A stretch of DNA of 64,000 nucleotides from Octopus sinensis. Its lineage: Eukaryota. The notes under the pieces were generated by a model, which made no database searches, was not told where the DNA came from, and saw nothing but the letters and a program-made list of their open reading frames with translations. Positions 53,072-64,000 of the stretch are shown piece after piece (the stretch's first letter is position 1; each line of letters opens with the position of its first letter). The translations under genes were made by a program, and so were the position numbers. The DNA lies in contig NC_043012.1 of assembly GCF_006345805.1 (NCBI RefSeq), positions 6,014,001 to 6,078,000 on the forward strand, given 5' to 3'.

Positions 53072-53852
53072 TTATTTGCCAGAAAAAAAAAAAAACCAAT
53101 GATTTTCATGCAATCATTTTTTTCCAGTAATACTTTTATCATAATATTCAAATTAAACTGTTAGCTCCATTAACATTTCTTAGTTTTCCATCATTATTTA
53201 TAAGTTTATTTAAGATTGTTTCTACTTTTCAATCTATAGAAACTAACTTAAAGCTGACCTCTTACTCCAACCCCTCCTCAGTTTAATTCTCTCTCTCTCT
53301 GTTTTCCAATCAGAGTTGTGTGATCTTTCTGCTCACTTTCATTTTATTTCTTCAACTGCCACTCACTTACTCTCTCTTTGTCTTTTGACTGCAAATAAAT
53401 ATACATTGCTAATTATTGTTTATGAATTATTGCCATGATATATGTTTGATTGTTACATGTAAATCTGAAATAAAATTGGAGAAACAGTCAAAGTAAATAT
53501 TTAACATAATGAAACAAGTATGAAAACTTAACTATGGGGTAAAATCAATGAAATATAATTCAGATCTTTATTATGAGTTATGAAGATCCTTAAATGTATG
53601 TATCATAAATGAAATAAGAACATTTATAAAAAAGAACAATTTCCTTGGGACCTGCTAATTGTTATTATGTTTCCAATACAACGAGAGGCGCATGGCTAGA
53701 GTTGTGTGATGATCTGACCTGACCCTGGTGACAGCTCCCCATTTTCCTTTGGGCAAGTTGCCCCTTTATTTGTTGCATTTATTCATTGATATTTGTGCGT
53801 GTGTCCTTTAAAATCCTTTAAAATGGATGTGCCCCAAACAAAGATAGACCAT

Positions 53853-54091
53853 ACCATCCGTGCCAGACTCTTCAATAACATTGTCCTACCTGGGCTTTTA
53901 CATGCAAGTAAGATGTGGGCTACTATGAAGAGGATAGAACATTGGCCACAATGCAAAAGGCCATGGAAAGATCCATGCTAGGAACATCACTGAGAGAGCA
54001 CATTTGAAATGAAGTAATTGAAGGACAGAGTGGAGTGAATGATGTGATTGCAGAGTACCAAAAGCACAAGTTCCACTGGTCCAGACACATC
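53853..54091 (+). pseudogene. Decayed RTE-clade RT C-terminal fragment (separate family)
   Basis: IRARLFNNIVLPGLLHASKMWAT / QKAMERSMLGTSLREHI*NEVI..SGVNDVIAEY...KFHW..HI. Confidence 0.75.
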
Positions 54092-56034
54092 AAAGGGTTT
54101 ACAAACCCTCTCTCCAATATATTAAGAAGTTTTAAATCATTGTCTGTTGTCCTCAGGGGTAATAATTATCCTTCGGTGGGGTTATTGCCCATGGGGGTAA
54201 ATATCCTAGACTCAAGGTAGGGTATTAAGATATTTTGCCAGCATCACCTTACTGGCACACCAGCGTCGCCTTACTGGCACTTGTGCCAGTGACATGCGAA
54301 AAAACATTCGAGCGAGGTCATTGCCTATGCTGCTGGACTGGCTCCTGTGCAGGTGGCACGTAAAAAACACCATTTGAGCATGGCCATTGCCAGTACTACC
54401 TGACTGGCCCTCGTGCTGGTAGCACATAAAAGCACCCACTACACTCTTGGAGTGATTGGCATTAGAAAGGGCATCCAGCTGTAGAAACTCTGCCAGATCA
54501 GATTGGAGCCTGGTGCAGCCATCTGGTTTGCCAGTCCTCAGTCAAATCATCCAACCCATGCTAGCATGGAAAGCGGATGTTAAACAATGATGATGATGAT
54601 GATGATGAAACGAGGGGGTCAATGCGGAAGAAGTGGCTAAAGGGGGTCAATGGTCGAAAAAGTTTGGTGACCCCTGGTCCAGTTGACACTGTGATATATA
54701 GTCAGTACGGTGTATTTACTTCAATATTTTTAATGTCTGAATTTTTGATACATCTTTGTTCCTTTCTTTGTTTAGACAACTGTTTTGTCCATCCCCACAA
54801 GTTTTGTAACCCCTAAGCCCCTATTCATACATTTATTATTGCATATAGAAAAAGGCTCTCATGGTAAATGAAAAAAATCATCATTGTTATTATTGGCAGA
54901 GGTTGGCAAGTTGGCAAGATCATTAGCTCTCTACATTCTGAGTTCAAATCCAGCTGAGAGCAATTTTGCCTTTCATTCCCTCCAGGGCTGATAAAATTAA
55001 ATACAATTCAAACACTGGAATTGATTCCTCTTGAAATTGCTGGCCTTGTTGAAATTAGAAATAGTTATTATTATTAACTGAATTATTTGTGCTTTGCGGC
55101 ATGTTTTCTGACTGTTTACACTTTATGTTCAAATCCTGCTGAAATCAACTTTACCATTTCCCCTTTTGGGGCTGATAAAGTACTGGTCAAGTACTAAGGC
55201 CAGTGTACTTGACTGTCCTCACCCCACTATGTTAGAAACAATTATTATTTCATCCTTTTGGATGTCAAAAATTTGAAGTACCTGTCAAGTATTTACTCTG
55301 ATTTAATCAGCTCACCTCACCTTCCAATTTCTTGTTTTGTGCCCCTGTTAGAATTCTCATTGTTAAAAGCAGGAGTTTAGCAGAAATGCAGTGGAATATT
55401 GGAAAAAATTCCTTATAGAATTTGTTTTGGCTCTATATGGTCTGAGTTTAAGTCTCGCAGAGGTAAACCTTGCCTCTCTTCCTTTCAGGATTGATAAAAT
55501 AAAATACTGTTCAAACACTGGGATGATGATGTTGACTTAGTCCCTTCTTAAAAACTGCTGGCCTTGGGCCCAAATTGGAAACCGTTATTATTATTATTAT
55601 TATTGAGTTAGAGAGCAGCACATGCCATCAAAGTGACACTGGGGTAAAATATACAAAGTCCTTCATGACTACTCGTCTGATAAGGATACACCAGGCACTT
55701 GCATCACAACCATATGTGCGTGACATGGTAATCTCATATCAAGATAAACAATGCTTGACCTTGCAGGTGGGGGCCGAGTTAGAATTTTCTTTAGGTCGAG
55801 TGGCCCATCCCACTTCAACAGTCCTTGAATAAGGATTGTTTAAGGATGTTGAACAAAACGCCCTTATTTCCAGAGTTGAATTATTCAAACTCCAAAGAGT
55901 TTCTCTCAACACATGACTATGATGCTTCCTCACTACTTCTACTTGTGATCAGAGATGCACATATCATCAGCCACTAAAGAACATGCTCAACTGGTTAAGA
56001 TCAAACAATTGACAAGCAAATCTGTGATATTGTG

Positions 56035-56748
56035 TGAAGACCCGACAAATGAGGTGAGTTCATGGCTCGCAGGATGGCCTACTGTGCTAACCGGGGATCA
56101 TAGGGCAACCTGCTGTGTTTGACCTATTGAGTCAAGTACATCAACATCAAAATAAAAATCAAATGGATATTGTAGCTGTGTTACCTGTGCCGGTGGCACG
56201 TTGAGCCTCACAGAGACAATGATGAAAGACTGAGACCTCTGAGATATGCTGTGGCTGCGATGACCTGACAAATGAAGTGAGTTCATGGCTCACAGGATGG
56301 CTTGCTGTGCTAACCTTGGATCGTAGGGTGACCTGCTGTGCTTGAGGAGACCTATTGAGTCAAGTACATCAGCATCAAAATCAAATGGAAATTGTAGTTG
56401 TGATACTCGTGCAGGTGGCATGTAAAAAACACCATCCAAACGTGGCCGATGCCAGCGCTGCCTTGACTGGCATCTGTGTCGGTGATACATAAAAAGCACG
56501 AACCGATTGCGGCCATTTTCCAGCTTCCTCTGGCACCTGTGCCAGTAGCACGTAAAAAGCACCTACTACACTCACAGAGTGGTTGGCGTTAGAAAGGGCA
56601 TCCAGATGTAGAAACACTGCCAGATCAGACTGGAGCCTGGCGCAACCTCCTGGTTTCCCAGACCCCAGTCGAACCACCCAACCCATGCTAGCATGGAAAA
56701 CGGACGTTAAACGATGACGATGATGATGATGATGATGATGATGATGAT
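56035..56748 (+). mobile_element. RTEX-type LINE 3' end with an internal duplication, nested in another repeat
   Basis: gagttcatggctc...gagtcaagtacatca block occurs twice (about 56055 and 56280); (GAT)n tail ends at about 56748. Confidence 0.7.
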
Positions 56749-58582
56749 ATTTGCTGTAGCCCATCTTTTACACCAAGACGAAATACATACATCATGTTAA
56801 CACTTCCAATCAGTTAAGATCAGAAGCTATGAGAGCCAGTGCCTGGTACTGTATCAGGGCATTATTATTATTATTATTAAAATTTCTGGCCTGTGCCAAT
56901 AGTAGGAAGGATTATTATTGCTGTTATTGTTGATGTTGTTGTTGTTGTTACTGAACATCTGCAAAGAGATAAAAAAATAGCTGAGTGCATGAGACATTGA
57001 AAACTGGCATCATGCCTGAGGAGCAGGTTGATGGTGGACAGATTTGTTTTTTACTCAATTCTGGACATGTTTGAGACATATTCTGACCTCATCAGTGAAG
57101 CATAAATTTCATTGTACTTTCAAATATAGTGATTAGAGAATGACTAAGTAATTGAGAAGACTGTACATTTATTGGAGAACATTAATAAAATGTTTAGAAA
57201 GTGTATGATTTAGAGATGATAAGCAAAAGACAAGTTAGCATTAATTATGCTTCTTTGATGAGGTCAGAATAATACTAAAACCTGCTTCATGTTGTCTCCT
57301 TGCATATTAAAAGCCAGAATTTAGCACCAGTTCAATGGATGAGTATGACAGTGACTGAGATAAACTTTGCCTTTCATCCTTGTGGGGGGGTCGATGAACT
57401 TAAACTTAATTTTCTTAATTAATGGTTTTAGGAAACAAATAATTATGGGCTGGATGGTGATTTGTAATATTTAAATTTTAACTTGTGGAGGCACATGCCT
57501 AGTGGTTAGAGCTGCGGTCGAGGGATCATGGGTTCGAATCTCAAACTGGGCGATGTGTGGGTTTTGTGTGCAAAGCACCTAAGCTCTACACGGCTTCAGT
57601 AGAAGGTAATGGCAAACCTCTGCTGATTCTTTTGCCACAACTTTCTCTCACTCTTTCTTCCTGCATCTAGCAGCCCACCTGTGATAGACCAGCATTCTGT
57701 CCAGGTGGGGGATTTAGTGAAGTTGTTATAACCAGGAATTGAACCTGGCTTGAAGGTTTAAGTCACTCAAACGACTTTTGATTGTAAGCTTTTTACCAAG
57801 GTCAACTTTATCACGATTTATTTAGTGAAATTGTTTGTCTTTCTCACCAATCATATATCCGTTTTCCCACACTAACATGATGGTCTTTGCAATACTCTAA
57901 CTCTTCTCAGCATATTAAATTCACAATCAATTGTATTGATTCTTTATAGGGATTGGCAGGAATGCTGTAGAGAAAGAAAAAAAAAAGCTTTGTCATACAT
58001 ATATATATATTTATCTCCCTTTGTATCTAGATTTCAAACTCTGTGCTGAAGTGAACTCTATCATTTATCATTCTGTGGTTGAGGAAATATGATCTAACCA
58101 TTGTTCTGGGGCTGTTTCAATTGACTGCATATTTTCTCACCTGAAATGATAATACTCTTTGTCAAATATTCTATACTTTCCACCCAAATTGACTACACTC
58201 CTCACCCATCATTTTGACTGTGGCCCAAATTGTCCATGCTCCCCTCCAAATTGCACACACACGTATTTACACACACACACATGCTTATCACTCTGTCTGT
58301 CTGTCTGTCTGTCTAGATAGATAGATAGATAGACAAACATAGCGATGTATATGTGTGAATATATATGTGTATGCATCTGTCTGAGTGTTTGTCTGTGTGT
58401 GTACAGGGATGGCTGTGTGTTTAATAATCTTGCTTCCCAACTGTGTGGTTTAGTCCCACTGTGTAGTATCTTGAGCAAGTATCTTTTGCTATAACCCTGG
58501 GCCAACCAATGCCTTGTGAGTGGATTTAGTAGACAGAAATTGATCATTAGTCCATACAATGTGGGCTATTCATTTCCTCTTA

Positions 58583-58617
58583 TTCCTTTCTGATGAAGAG
58601 CGTAGGCTCGAAATGTA
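58583..58617 (+). ncRNA. Hammerhead core with the 3' strand of helix I lost
   Basis: CUGAUGA (58590-58596)-A-GAGC-GUAG-GCUC-GAAA-UGU-A. Confidence 0.55.
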
Positions 58618-58697
58618 TTTTTCCCGGGTGTCAAACTAATACACTTGCTTGTTGTTGCTACACCTGTCTTCATCTTTTGTTTTTCTATAAATTTCAA

Positions 58698-58698
<1 letters not shown>

Positions 58699-58763
<65 letters not shown>

Positions 58764-58794
58764 GCGCGCGCGCGCGCACACACACACACACACA
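58699..58794. repeat. (CA)n(CG)14(CA)n alternating purine-pyrimidine tract
   Basis: (CG)14 at 58749-58776. Confidence 0.95.
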
Positions 58795-58852
58795 TTGTTT
58801 GTAAAAAGCATAAATCCGAAAGAAGAAGCTCACTCTAAGATGTAGAGCAGTA

Positions 58853-59077
58853 TATATTAAAATGGGGAGGGCCAGTTTCTGGGATTACCTTAGGTTTGCC
58901 GTCCATAAAGGGTTTATCTTTATGGCATATCGTCAGATCTCAAAACCTGTAGTCTTAGAGGTTGTGGGCCAACAGGTTTTGGGATCTGATGATCTGATAA
59001 TACGCCATAAAGCTAAAACCTTTATAGACAGGAACCCTAAGGTAATCCCATAAACTGGCCCTCCCCATTTTTAATAT
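58853..59077. mobile_element. Fold-back MITE (arms about 100 bp, 21-nt loop)
   Basis: tggggagggccagttt...caaaacctgt pairs with acaggttttg...aaactggccctcccca. Confidence 0.85.
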
Positions 59078-59317
59078 ATCTATCTATCTATATCTATATC
59101 TATATCTATATATAAGAGGTAATGGTATGGAGAAGACCCAAGATGGCAAGTAAGACTATGTAAGTGCTATGGGAGGACCGTTGTTAGACTCTTGGTTCGA
59201 TAATAATATGAGTGAGGAGTCTAATGCAGGTCTTGTACAAGCATGTATATGTTAAATAAAATGGAACAACAAAACCAAGGCTGTGTGGAATTTAGAGGAT
59301 ATTTATAAAGAGAAAGG

Positions 59318-59369
59318 TAGTCTTACAGTTGTTTCTGGGATATTAGGGACATCCCTTCATCAGAGACTA
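59318..59369 (-). ncRNA. Type I hammerhead ribozyme motif, near intact
   Basis: UAGUCU-CUGAUGA-A-GGGAUG-UCCCUAA-UAUCCC-A-GAAA-CAACUG-U-A-AGACUA; perfect 6-bp helix I, GUA triplet. Confidence 0.75.
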
Positions 59370-60109
59370 TGTGAGATGGTTAAATAAAGGGAAATAGTAG
59401 AGTTCAATATAAGGAGTTATTTTGGAAAAGGATGGATGTAGGAAGCATAAAGGGAAATAATAGAATAAAAATAAAAATAGAAATATATGTAGGATGTTAC
59501 AGTTGCAGTTCCATTATCCAAGGAAAGAGCTGCGTAGAATGGGTAGAAATGCTTCTTGTCCATGGTGTGTAGATTCCGATAGGAGTTCAATGTTTTGTTA
59601 TTACAAGTGGATGGTGTGGAGACATAAATTCCATGTGCTGTTCATTCAAAGGGATCTTGTGGTGTGAATGGAATTTTGAGAGTGTACTGGTAGGGGTAAA
59701 TAGATAGAGAGAAGAGAATAGATTGACCACATATCTCTTCTCTTCTCTTCTTTTCTTTACTCACAAATCGACTCCAGGACTTATTCTTTGTAAGCCTAGT
59801 ACTCATTCTATTGGTCTCTTTTGCTGAACCGCTAAGTTACAGGGATGTAAACACACCAGCATCAGTTGTCAAGTGATGTTGGGGGGGGGGGACAAACACT
59901 GACACAAACATATACACATACATATACATATATATATATACATATATACAACAGGCTTCTTTCAGTTTCCGTCTATAAAATCCACTCACAAGGCTTTAGT
60001 TGGGCTGAGGCTATAGTAGAAGACACTTGCCCAAGGTGCCACGCAGTGGGGCTGAATCTGGAACCATGTGGTTCGTAAGCAAGTTACTTACCACACAGCC
60101 ACTCCTACG

Positions 60110-60155
<46 letters not shown>

Positions 60156-60402
60156 TTGGCATTAGGAAGTGCATCCACCTGTAGAAACAATGCCAAATCA
60201 GACTGGAACCTTCCTAGCTTACCAGTTTCAGTCAAACCATCTAACCCATGCTAGCATGGAAAGCAGATACTAAACGAGGATGATGATGATGGTATGTATA
60301 TCCATATATAGGTTTGGTGATGCAATCAGGAAAAAGAGAACTCAAAATATGAGTATACGTATATTTTTATTAATATTTAGCAGAACAAAGCAACCGAGTG
60401 AC

Positions 60403-60443
<41 letters not shown>

Positions 60444-60641
60444 TCTTTTACTTGTTTCGGTCATTTGACTGCGGCCATGCTGGAGTTCCACCTTTAGCTG
60501 AACGAATCGACTCCATATATTATTCTTTCTAAGCCTAGTACTTATTCTCATGGTCTCTTTTGTTGAATCACTAAGTTACAGGGCTGTAAACACACCAACA
60601 TCAGTTGTCTAGTGATGGTGGGGGGACAAACACAGGCACAT

Positions 60642-60689
<48 letters not shown>

Positions 60690-61036
60690 ACACATATATA
60701 TATATATACACACACATTTATACACACATAAACAACAAGCTTCTTTCAGTTTCTGTTTACCAAATCCATTCACAAGGCTTTGGTTGGCCTGAGGCTATAG
60801 TAGAAAATACTTGCCCAAGGTGCCATGCTGTGGGACTGAACTTAGAACCATGAAAGTTCGGGAAATGGTTCAAATATGCAAATCCAAAGAATAGGACATT
60901 CAGTCAGGATCAAACTGGGGTAACCACACATACATACATATATACATACATACATACATATATACATACATACATACATACATACATACATACATACATA
61001 CATACATACATACTACATACTACATACATACATACA

Positions 61037-61067
<31 letters not shown>

Positions 61068-61284
61068 TACATACATACATATATACATACATACATACAT
61101 ACATACATACATACATACATACATACTCTGTTGATTTTGAAATTCCATCGAAGGAGCCTTGGATCTAGGTTAGAAACCGGTTCCTTCTCTGTTGGCAAGA
61201 AATCTTGAAATATATATATATTTCATATTCCATGTACTCATACTTCGTATTTTTTTGTTGTACACATTTCATGATGTTCTGTGC

Positions 61285-61330
<46 letters not shown>

Positions 61331-61378
61331 ATATATAAGTATTGATATAAGTATGTACATATACGTATGAATATATGC

Positions 61379-61412
<34 letters not shown>

Positions 61413-61415
61413 TAT

Positions 61416-61448
<33 letters not shown>

Positions 61449-62232
61449 GCATATATATGCATATATATAAATATGCATATATACATACGTATATGTACAT
61501 ACATCAATACTTATATATATATATATACTATTTATATTATTATATGATTGAATGCCACATATCCTCTTCCAAGTAAGTTATATCTTAATAATTCTGATGT
61601 GCACTCTATGTGATCTTTCTACTCTTTTGTTTTCCTTCTTTCTCTCTCTTATTCTTTTACCTCCTCTTCTCCCACTATTATTTCCTATTACTTTGTCACT
61701 CTCTCTCTCCCCGATTCCTTCTCCCTTGCTCACATGGCTTCCATGTGATCATTGGCCATTTTTTTTCCTACTTCTAACTTGTATTTCTTTCTTTCTCTCC
61801 ATTGTAGCTGGAACAAGATGTGTTCTTGTCTGTCTCCTGTCCAAGCTTGATTTATGTATTCGCCACCAAAACCTCATTTAGGCTTAGCAGCCCTTCCTGT
61901 TTGTTTCCACTGTCCTGTTTGTGTCACCAATTTTGACCCTCTGCAAAATCCCAAATTTTAGTTAATTAGCTTTGTGGGAGCAACTGTTTTATCGAAAGCG
62001 TATATTGTTGTTAAATGCTCAAAATATCAAAGTAGAAAAACAGCCAACAACTGATGAAGGGTCGTTCTTTATGTTGTTTGTCTTGTTTTCCATTTGTGTC
62101 TTTCATTGTTAAAAAAAATAGTTCATATTCCATGTACTCGTACTTTGTACTTGTTTGCTGTAAACGTTTCATGACATCCTGTGCCCGCATATGCATATAT
62201 ATATGTATAGATGTAAGTGTGTACATATATAT

Positions 62233-63109
62233 ATCATTATCATCATCATCGTTTAACGTCCGTTTTCCATGGGTTGGATGGTTCAACTGGGGTCTGGGAA
62301 ACCAGGAGGTTGCACCAGGCTCCAATCTGATCTGGCAGTGTTTCTACAGCTGGATGCCCTTCCTAACACCAACCACTCCATGAGTGTAGTGGGTGCTTTT
62401 TACGTGCCACTGGCACAGAGGCCAGAGGAAGCTGGCAACGACCAATGGCATGGAAGCTAGTCAAGGTGGCGCTGGTATCGGCCATGTCCGAATGGTTCTT
62501 TTTACATGCCACCGGCATGAGCATCACAACTACAATTTCCATTTGATTTTAATTTTGATGTTGATGTACTTGACTCAGTAGTTCTCCTCAAGCACAGCAG
62601 GTCACCCTACGATCCAAGGTACTTTTGAATGGGCTGGGGCTGGTTATACGAAACTGGTGTAGGATACAGCCATGAACTCACTTTGTGTTCCAGGTCTTTG
62701 CAGTCACAGCATATCTCCAGAGGTCTTGGCCTTTTGTCATTGCCTCTGTGAGGCCCAATGTTTGAAGGTCATGCTTCACTACCTCATACTATGTCTTCTT
62801 AGGTATACTTCTACCCTGGATTCCTTCGACTGTTTGGGAGTGGCACTTCTTCATATAGCTTTCCTCATCCATCTGTAGTATGTGACCATACCAGCACAAA
62901 CATCTCTCTTGCACACCACATCCAATGCTTCTTATGTCCAGCATTTCACTCAGGGCACTTACACTCTGTTGCATGTACGCTCTGACATTACACATCCAGT
63001 GGATCATGCTAGCTTCATTTCTTTCAAGACTACGCATGTCCTCTGCAGTCATGGCCCATGTTTCACTACCGTGAAGCATGGCAGTTCACACACATGCATC
63101 GTACAATCT
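62233..63109 (-). mobile_element. 5'-truncated RTEX-type LINE: RT C-terminus, 3' UTR and (GAT)n tail
   Basis: RLYDACV*TAMLHGSETWAMTAEDMRSLERNEASMIHWMC...QERCLCWYGHILQMDEES, continuous with the abundant 3' UTR repeat. Confidence 0.9.
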
Positions 63110-63412
63110 ATTTTTCAATATATATATTGTCGCTATTATGAAAAAGTGTTGTAAGTCCAAAATGTTGCTTTTTCAGAAAACAAAAAAATAGTTTTACCAT
63201 TCCATAGCAAAATCGTTGTACTGCATTTTGACAATTTTCGACATCTTCGTACCTGAAGGAGCTGGAGATATGATAGTTTGACCAAAAGAACTGGCTATTG
63301 CAAGCAAAAATATATATTGAAAAAAATGCATTTGGCCAAATTTGGACATATGACAGTTTACAGTTTAACATGATAGCAACGATATATGTATATATATATA
63401 TATATATATATG

Positions 63413-63454
<42 letters not shown>

Positions 63455-63463
63455 TCATACATA

Positions 63464-63596
63464 CAGGGTGTTCAGAAAGTCTCTCCATAGTAAGTATTTC
63501 ATTGTAAAATAAATATTTTAAAGATAGTATAAGACTACAAAAGAATATATTAGACTTTACAAAAATTCACTGCGGAGAGACTTTTTGAACACCCTG
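63464..63596. mobile_element. Tc1/mariner-type MITE
   Basis: TIRs cagggtgttcagaaagtctctcc / ggagagactttttgaacaccctg (22/23); TA on both sides. Confidence 0.9.
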
Positions 63597-63696
63597 TATA
63601 TTTATATATATATATACATACGCACACATATACATATATATATATGTGTATATATATAGATATATATATTATATATATATATATATAATGTTGTAC

Positions 63697-64000
63697 CTAA
63701 GAAGCATCAGTTGTGGTGTGCAAGAGAGACGATTGCGCTGGTATGGTCATGTGGCAAGAATGGATGAAGATAGTGTGTGAGAAAGTGCCAATCCCTAGCA
63801 GTTGAGGGACCTGTGGAAGAGGTAGACCCAGGAAAACCTGGGACGAGGTGGTGAAGCACGACCTTCGAACTTTAGGCCTCACTGAGGAATGACCAGAGAC
63901 CGAGACCTTTGGAAATATTCTGTACGTGAGAAGACCAGGCAGGACAAGTGAGCCCAGCCCACTTATGAATGCCTTTCCTCCCTTGGACACAAAGACCGGT
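63697..64000 (+). mobile_element. RTEX-type LINE RT C-terminus entering the 3' UTR (runs off window edge)
   Basis: LRSISCGVQERRLRWYGHVARMDEDS ... MTRDRDLWKYSVREKTRQDK*. Confidence 0.85.

Overview
AT-rich, intron/intergenic-type animal DNA. The repeat landscape (very dense tRNA-headed SINEs, RTE-clade LINE 3' ends with (ATG/GAT)n tails, and long TA/CA/TATG/TATC/CTT microsatellites) points to a coleoid cephalopod, probably Octopus; this is an inference. I could not identify any intact, recognisable host gene. There is only a candidate terminal exon at 6207 and a few weak exon candidates. Nearly all listed ORFs are microsatellite or repeat read-throughs. Supported features are: several SINE families with clear target-site duplications (TSDs); 5'-truncated RTE/RTEX LINE fragments; mariner fragments; five hAT-type MITEs with 8-bp TSDs; TTAA-flanked and TA-flanked MITEs; Helitron-like non-autonomous elements; and many fold-back palindromes. 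The most notable signal is a dispersed set of minimal type I hammerhead ribozyme motifs of the Penelope-like-element kind, with palindromic helix III. One copy (1371-1440, minus) has an intact core, one (59318-59369, minus) is nearly intact, and about seven degenerate copies fall into several sequence families. All folds and alignments were done by eye.
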